64,000 nt of DNA from Thalia democratica. Its lineage: Eukaryota. Under the pieces are notes generated by a model that saw only the letters and a program-made list of their open reading frames with translations, did no database searches and had not been told where the DNA came from. Within the stretch, counting starts at the first letter, position 1; each line of letters begins with the position of its first letter. The position numbers and the translations under genes were made by a program. Below, one piece after another: positions 41,301 through 48,556 of the stretch. The stretch lies in contig OZ241830.1 of NCBI GenBank assembly GCA_965202585.1, positions 6,324,001 through 6,388,000 of the forward strand, read 5' to 3'.

Positions 41301-44300
41301 GATTCCCGGGCGTCCAGGGCATGGAAGGAAAGAGAGGCGAGCCCGGCAGGGACGGAGCGCAGGGCGAGCAGGGTCTGACCGGAGAGAGGGGACCCCGCGG
41401 TCGCGAGGGAGTCGCCGGCATGAAGGGAGAAAAGGGAGAGCCTTCTAACGTTGCAGGACCTCAAGGACCCGAGGGGGTGTCAGGCGCGAGGGGACCCAGA
41501 GGAGTGTCAGGTAACGACGGTTTGGACGGAGCACAGGGCGCACCTGGTGTGCAAGGACCAAGAGTGAGTTGGAATTAAATTGATATTTTTTATATATATT
41601 TTACTTTGTATTATTTGTAGGGACCAAGAGGAGAAAAGGGTGAATGCACCGGAATCGACTTTGAGGAGTTCAGAGCGAAGATCGTCGAAATCATCAGAGA
41701 CCTGATGCCTTCTGGTTAGCATGAGTATTAGAAAAAAATTATAATTAAGAAAAGTAAATGTCTTTGAACTATAACTAAAATTTGTTATTTTTTACAGAAT
41801 GCGGTAAGTGAATTGTGCATAGAAGTTTTGGAATACAGTAAGATCAAGCATGCTTTTTTACTTTGCTTTTTGTAGTTTTAAAATGTTAAACTTGAGACTT
41901 CACTCAAAAACATTTTGAAACGGTTTATTCAAAGTAAATTTTTTAATATAAAATTTATCCAATTTAAATTTTTTAAAGTCTCAACGGCTTAATGCTTAAT
42001 TTCGCTACGAGTAGTTAAAACATTTTGTAATTTAAAAAACAAATTGCTTAGCAAAAAAATTCCAAAAAAAAAAATTGGTGAACAAACATTCGATTTGGGG
42101 ACTTATATTTTTCAATATGTAAACAATTTGGTGCTTTGATTTATCGAAATTGTCATGACAACAGCCAACAGCAACCAGGAGCCGACTCCCCCGCCAAAAT
42201 GCAGCATCCGTTACCCCATCGACCTGGTCTTCCTCGTGGACGGCTCCCACTCGATCCCCGCCGGAGACTTCATCACCCTGAAGAAGTGGATCATAGACGT
42301 GGTCGAGACCTTCAAGCCTTCCCAGATCGAGATCCCGTTGTACCTGAACATCGTGCAGTTCTTCGGCGACATCAGGCAGGAGGTCAGGGACACCATCTGC
42401 ACCGATGACGTCAAAGACAACTGTCAGGAGCTCGATGACGTCAGGAGGCAGATCGCCGCCATCAGGAAGGGCGGCAGGGGAACCTCGACCTGGTCGGGGC
42501 TGGCTTACGTGGTTGACAACGTGGGCGCCACCTTGAGGCGTGACTCCCAGAAGGTCCTCATCACCATCACGGACGGGTCCCCGTCGGACGACGAGAACCT
42601 CGAAGCGCTGGACAGCGCCAAGGAGATCTTCGACCAGATGTTTGCCGTCGGCGTGGGCGAGGACCTGAACAAGAACATCCTGTCCATGCTGTCCAAGGAC
42701 GAGCCCATCCACGTGTCGGACTTCAGCGCTCTTGACGCCGTCATCGAGAGGATGACCAGCAAGATCTGCAACGAGATCGAGTCCCACATCTTAGGTAACT
42801 AGATCCAAGTAGCAATCAGAAATGTTTTGAGGGCTTTGATAATTGAGGCTGTGAAAAGAAAAAAAGTTTGAACAAAACTGCTGTGCTCCTTTTGAATGAC
42901 GTAGAAATAAAATGCAATCAAAAATGTTTTAGAGGCTGAGTATAGATGCTTTTAATTTAGGCTGGTATGAATCGTTGAATGACTTTAAGTATGCAATCAA
43001 AAGTAATGCAAAATGGTTTAATTTGCCAACTTTAGGCTGCCAGAATTAGTTGGTGAGCTTTTACGAAAGCATGATAAAATATTCTACTCAGAACAAAGAG
43101 AAATTAAGCAACCATAAATAAGTCTTTTAATTTGCATCATATTGGCTGACTCTGCTTTTGAAATCTTCTTTTTCTTGCCCTAAATTGGAATGAACCTTTA
43201 GTTTATCAGTTTTAAGATATAGTGTGTATACCCTGGCTGAAAGCTAAGTCCATTGAAAAATTATGGCACAAAATGGTGTGTCGTTCAGCTTAAATAAAAC
43301 TAGTGGCTGTTTTCCTTTTAAATAAACGTTAAAATCAGTTTTACAAGTAATGCTTTTTCGTTGGAATTTGATTTCTGATATTCATAAACCAAGTGTTTTT
43401 AATAAATACTTGATTTCATAAAATTATTGTTAATTAGGCAAATTTTAGATGTAAAGATTTGAATTTGATTTGTACAAAACGTAGTTTACAGTTAAATGAA
43501 AAATCTTTGAGTTTCAACATGACGCCTTAGTGAATAAGAAAAAACCTAATTTTCATTTTAAAATTTAACTTTTTACTTTGACAAATTTTGAACAAAGCAA
43601 ACTTCTATGAATATGTTTAATTTAATGAAGTTATGTTGTGTAATTACAACAAAACTTATCTGTTTTCTCAACCAAGCTGCGAATTTTTAAAAGAGAAATC
43701 TCGTTAAGCAAATGAGCATGAAAAACTAAGCAATCAAAATACAATTACATTTGCTGAACAAATCCTAATTGACATGAGAAATCATTGCAACTTTGTGCAA
43801 AAGGCTTTGCAACTTAATAAACAAAGCTTCCAACAGTGCTTACTTTTTTTTTGTAGATCAGGCTTTTTACTTAATTTCTTAAACAAATATCTTTGCTTTG
43901 CAGTTTATAGAAAATTTCTGAGCTTTTATTATTTTGCTTTTTTCGATGCTTACTTATTTATTTTAGCTGTTTTTCTTTGTGTTAATTTTTTTATCTAATC
44001 AATTTTTATTTTAACAGCTAACGAAGAACACGCTGATGAAATAGGTGAGTAAAATTTTTTTATTATTTTGAATGCATTTTATTTTCATTAAAATTTTATT
44101 TTAAATATTATTTTAAAATCACCACTTAACATGTGTGCCGTTTTTTTTTTTTTGTTTTTTTTCAACTAACAAACAAACTAACACTGCAAACTGTTTTTTC
44201 GAGTCACAACGCAGCGCATGTTAATCGTGACGTCATAATACTTTCGTGTGATATTTAATTATTACGTCACAATGAGTGCTCTTTCGACGTGGTGACGTCA

Positions 44301-47300
44301 TATACGAGCAACTTAATGGAGAAACTTGCAATTGTTTAATTTAATTTAATTTGTTTAATTTGTGTGATGTCACCACCGAAAAAGGAGCCCTTTTTTAAGT
44401 TTCAACGGTGACTCAACTTTCACAGTTTTGCAAAAAAAAATTAAAAGTTTAAAATATTTTTTGAAAATTTATTGAAAATTTTATTAGTTGCTCGTTTCCG
44501 CCGTCACCACGGAAAAAAGGGAAATCACCATGACGACGAGCACGACGAGGAAAATTAAGGGAAATCCCCGCGAATCACGTCATACGATGCATGACGTCAC
44601 AATTTTTTTGGATTGCTTTTATTTTGCATAAATTTTTAGTTTTTTTAATTTCTTCATTTCTTGTCACTTCGACTTCTTTTAATTTCTCGATATTTTTTTA
44701 ATCATCGCTCGGGTTTCGCTCGTTTTTTCTATTCAGGGGACTATTATTTTTACGATGCACATTTTTCCGATAAAATATTCAGCAAGAAGAACCGATCTAA
44801 CTCAATTTTCAAACTAAAAATTCAGCATAGAAAACCAGCGCCTTACGTTGCTCAACAGCAAAGTTTAAAAACGCTCTTATAATCTACCTTAAACAAATAA
44901 ATACCTTTTATTGTAAACAAAAGGTCGCTTTCGAGGCAAGTGGTCCGTTAAAATAGACCACAGGGGAGTTTAAAACTTGTAAACAAACTTTGAAGCGATG
45001 AAGGGAGGCCTTTTAAATTGTCGTTTTAACTTTTACGTAGTCGACAGAGCGTTTAAAATCTTGTTATTTTTGCTGAATCTTTTCAATGCGGGACGCTTGT
45101 AAAACGTGATCTCTTAATTTTTTCGAACTATGCATCAGAGTGCCGATTTGTTAGAAAATCACAAAAAATACTCCAACGTGTTTTTTGTAGGATTTTTGCT
45201 TTATATATATAGATAGACGATAATTTTACTATTATAAGTCAGAAGCCAATTTTGCAGTAGATATTTTCGTCGATAATTAACAGTCGTCGATTGCATTAGA
45301 ACGTTTAATTTTTTTAGCAATTTTTTAAAAGTTGTAATTGCGGGTCCTACTCTTTCAAGTGCTTTTCTTTTATATTCTTTTTCATTTCTTTCTAGTCGTC
45401 TCAGTGCTGATATATAAAACTTTGTAAATACTTTATTACTGAACTTTTACGTTTGTATTTCGCAAATTATTATGCAAATAAACGAGCTACACGATAAAAT
45501 AAACAAAAAGCGTTGTGATTTGAAATAATATTTAAAATAAACAGAGAAATTAACTCCGAGACCCCCTAGTAGAGGCGACACAGTTTAATGAAGTTTTAAT
45601 GGAGATCAGGACATTAAAAGGCCAGATAAATTAGAGTAGAGACTTAATTTTGTATTAATTTGATTCCATTATCATCATCAAATCCGCTTTTTTAGATCTG
45701 CTTTTTTATAGTTTTTTTCACAATAAAACATTGGAAAGATACATGTTTTTTTTTTGTCACGGTTTAAACGGCTTTTAGGTTTGTGTATAAGGAAAAAAGT
45801 ATAAATTAATATACCAAAGTAAAGCCATTACTTTGGAGTATGTGGTTTGTTTAATAAGTATTAAATATGGTGTATAACTGCATTTGATGCAACCTAACCT
45901 TTTCTTGTATTTTAACTTTTTTCTCTTCTAAAATAAATGTCAAATATCAAAAGTTTAAAACTGCTACACTAAAAAAAATGATTGTATAAAAAAGTTAACC
46001 TTTTATTTTCTTGTTTCTTCTTTTTGAAAAAAAACTTTAAAACTACAAGAAAATACTAACTAATAAGGTTTTACAGTCACACATTTATATATATTTTTTG
46101 TGACATTTTTACACCTTTAAGCTGAAACTTTCTGTTTAAAACTTTGCTAACATTGCGGTGTAAAACTGTTAAGCAAATCAATTCAAAACATGTTTTGACA
46201 TGCTTTAAAAGTTTCTTAACAAACTACCTTTAACCCATTTGGTGATTGCTGCGAATTTCGATGACGTCATAAATGCTGCGACATCATTTTGCCGTGACGT
46301 CATTTGTTGCATCTTTGATCTGAAAACTTGGCTGACTGCATTCATCTTTGCGAAAACATTCGAAATTAAACACTCAAATCTTTCAATTTTCAAAGAACAA
46401 GTCACCGAGAACCCGATGATGGACAAGTACAAGGGACGGACGGAGGTCTGCTCCTCCCCGCCACCCACCGGCAACTGTCTCCATGGCAACCAGATGCCGG
46501 TGGGCAAGTGGTACTGGTCCTCGCAGGAGGGGATCTGCATTTACTACAACTACAGGAACTGCCCCGGCTCGAACATATTCGACTCGATGCGGGAGTGCGA
46601 GAACACGTGCAAGAAGATACCCAATAGATACAGTTAGTGTGTGACGTCATAATTGATTAAAGTGTGACGTCATGATACTCAAAGTGTGATGTCGTATTAA
46701 AAGTTAAAATCATCTTATCATCTTTGTTGAGTTTATAAAAACCTTAATTTGCTTAATCATTTTTCAACGTTAGGGCTTAACTAAGTAATTTTAGTTTTTT
46801 TTAACTTAAAAACGTATATTCAAGTTGTACTTTGTATAACGTTTTATAAACGCCTCCTTAAACTCTTTAAACGTGTCCTTAGCCTTGTTAAATGTGAACA
46901 AAACATTGCAGAACTTTTAGCTGCAGATCAGTACACTGTTAAACTTGAGGCAAATTATAAAGTTATCTTAGCTTATGACAACAAAATAAGGTTTAAGTTC
47001 CGCCCAGGAAGAAGCTTGTTTTTCCTAGGTTGATTTACAGCTTGTTTAGATTTAAACCTGTCAGCTTTCATGCATCGCTATTAGGTATTATTACAACTAT
47101 TTTCAAGCTAATTTTGATAAAAATTCTTAAACACATTTTTAACGTTAAAACTTACTACAAGGTTATTGTTACGACGTAGTTTTTAAAGAAAAGTATAAAA
47201 TAGTTTAATACCTGGTCTGAACATTTATGCTATTAAAGTTTTTTACAATTGCGATTTAAGCTAGTCGAAGGGGCAATAAAAAATATTTTTTTTTTATCTA

Positions 47301-48556
47301 ATCTCGAAAACAAATAAAAAGTACAGCCGTAAAAAAACTTTATAAAAACATTTTGTTTTTATTCGGGCGCATTCGAGTTTAAATTCGTAAAACAAACAAG
47401 AGTTTTAAATCTTAAAGCCGTGATCTTTTTAAGCTGAGACACACAGGAAGTGATGGTTACGTCACAAAGGTAAAAAAAAAGCTCGAAATTTAAACTTGAA
47501 AATTTAAATCCCGTTTCAGGCTCAGACAGGGGTCACAGATTAAATTTGCGAGATGCAAACAAGATTATCTACCGTCGATGCGATTGGCCGGTTTCGTTGC
47601 CACGGTAACGTTTTCGTTGCCACGGTAACTTTTTCGTTGCCACGGCGAAATCGTGCCGTTGCTAATCATCTTGTTGCTACGGGCGGCGGATTAGCGTCGC
47701 CCTGAAATCAAAAACGTTTTAATGAAATTTCAAATTTTGCGCGCAACACTCAGATATTATTAAATATTTCTGATAGTTCTGTTTTATGTTTGGTTTTTGC
47801 TTACAAAGTAGTTTGCAGTGTGTTTGCGTTTTAGTTTATTAAAAAAACTTTAAACTTTTTTTTTGGAAAAAATTCAAGACTTTAAAACAAAAACTGCGCG
47901 CGCTTATTATTTTTACTTGCTTCTCATTGGTTTAAAACACGTCACGCTTGACTGCAGTTCCGCTTCCCGCCACCACCACCACGCCCCAACCCACTCCGGA
48001 GATGACGGAGGCCCCGGTGGACGAAGAGGAAGAAATAGGGTTTTTCCCCAATGAGTCTTCAGGGGAATCCCCGGAAGGTTTGTGACGTCACATTTCGCTT
48101 TTGCGGATTAATTTTGCGTAAAAAAAATTTCTAAAGACATTATAGTAAAACAAAAATTTGTAATATTTTAGTGTTTTAAAGTTTTTAAACAAACAAGATT
48201 TTAAAACTTACCAAAAGCTCTTTATAATAGTTAAATTTTTACATTTTTACTTTAAATAGTAAAAATTTTATAACTTCGTCATAGATTCTTTTGTAGACTC
48301 TATGAATTAAAAAAAAATTTGTCGAAAATAGTTTATGTTTAAAGAGTTTTGATCACCAAAAGCTTGCTTGCCACTGTGAAACGGCTTCACTACATATTTA
48401 TTAAAAATAAAATAAACGTTTTTGATAAATTATTCAAACAATGCAGATGAAGAGGAAGTGATTCCCCCCACGGACGACGATGACGTTGACGAGTCCTCGG
48501 GAATTTACTACGCCAGCAACTACTACGACGAGCTCGGAGGAGAAAGAGACTTCTAA
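29377..48556 (+). CDS. Gene B (long isoform): secreted vWA-collagen-vWA-Kunitz protein with acidic tail (collagen XXVIII-like architecture), ~1006 aa, 21 coding exons
   Basis: Hand-spliced exons in one frame (sum 3021 nt): 29377-29584, 32975-33144, 34919-35060, 35868-35914, 36348-36481, 37247-37391, 38308-38310 (candidate microexon), 38641-38751, 38953-39015, 39240-39257, 39813-39848, 39925-39960, 40658-40879, 41102-41563, 41621-41714, 41798-41803 (microexon), 42165-42794, 44018-44044, 46396-46632, 47958-48077, 48447-48556. Signal peptide [22 protein letters not shown]; v[23 protein letters not shown]; six-Cys Kunitz. Confidence 0.85.
34333..34625. repeat. ~85-bp direct repeat ~205 nt apart in gene B intron 2
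   Basis: ccattcaac(a/t)gtgtatttgtat...tattaagccactaggatatctga(t/c)ctatcagt occurs twice. Confidence 0.85.
36155..36370 (+). repeat. Near-perfect 90-bp tandem triplication of the acceptor and first 8 codons of a gene B vWA exon
   Basis: ttttttaaccag-aaaaaagt(a/c)at(c/a)atcacccttac with AG ending at 36167, 36257, 36347; unit exactly 90 nt and stop-free (ORF track 36072-36503). Confidence 0.95.
38716..41647 (+). other. Gene B collagen triple-helical region (~300 aa, two interruptions)
   Basis: Gly-X-Y from GPKGDK to GEKGEC; interruptions GIG and GEPSNVAG; single internal Cys (GLC, 41198-41200). Confidence 0.9.
42165..42794 (+). CDS. Gene B single-exon C-terminal vWA domain with intact MIDAS
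   Basis: [12 protein letters not shown]...GTSTW...ITITDGSP...FAVGVGE; acceptor CAG 42162-42164, donor GTAACT 42795; very high GC3. Confidence 0.9.
44488..44558 (+). CDS. Gene B candidate alternative terminal exon ([23 protein letters not shown]), short isoform ~874 aa
   Basis: Phase-1 acceptor ttttattag at 44487 matches the phase-1 donor at 44045; GC-rich coding-like island in AT-rich intron; resembles the gene A terminus (RRRRHGK); stop followed by TGACGTCA like the other stops. Confidence 0.65.
46396..46632 (+). CDS. Gene B Kunitz/BPTI-domain exon (phase 1-1)
   Basis: C-x8-C-x19-C-x7-C-x11-C-x3-C ([11 protein letters not shown]...[10 protein letters not shown]...NC...[11 protein letters not shown]); acceptor caaag 46395, donor GTTAGT 46633. 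Confidence 0.88.
47444..47700. promoter_or_regulatory. Intronic cluster: ETS site, CRE half-site, inverted CCAAT, tandem RFX X-boxes, GC box
   Basis: CAGGAAGTG 47444-47452; TTACGTCA 47457-47464; ATTGG 47583-47587; GTTGCCACGGTAAC 47596-47609 and 47616-47629, partial 47636-47646; GGGCGG 47681. Confidence 0.55.
47958..48556 (+). CDS. Gene B last two exons: Thr/Pro-rich and highly acidic tail with Ser-Gly and Tyr-Tyr motifs
   Basis: Exon 47958-48077 ([39 protein letters not shown]) and 48447-48556 ([36 protein letters not shown]); phases 1-1 and 1-stop are compatible with the Kunitz donor; not reported by the ORF track. Confidence 0.75.

Noticed and set aside
40592-42789. Long minus-strand and alternate-frame ORFs (e.g. 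42032-42787, 42505-42789, 41092-41421, 41096-41464, 40592-40855)
   Set aside because: Shadows of high-GC3 collagen and vWA exons on the plus strand; they end where the exons end and have no independent signal.
42795-46637. In-frame stops just after donors 42795 (GGT AAC TAG) and 46633 (AGT TAG) as true gene ends
   Set aside because: Both follow good donors with phase-compatible downstream exons; GTTAGT in phase 1 creates a stop automatically. Intron-retention isoforms are possible but unsupported.
46205-46650. Minus-strand ORFs overlapping the Kunitz exon
   Set aside because: Antisense shadows of a GC-rich exon; no recognisable domain.
47591-47646. 20-bp direct repeats as a CRISPR-like array
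   Set aside because: No unique spacers, eukaryotic intron context, no cas genes; repeats match RFX X-boxes.
1088-48556. Assigning vertebrate symbols COL6A1/COL6A2/COL28A1
   Set aside because: Architecture is similar but orthology cannot be established without phylogeny; helix lengths and interruption patterns differ.
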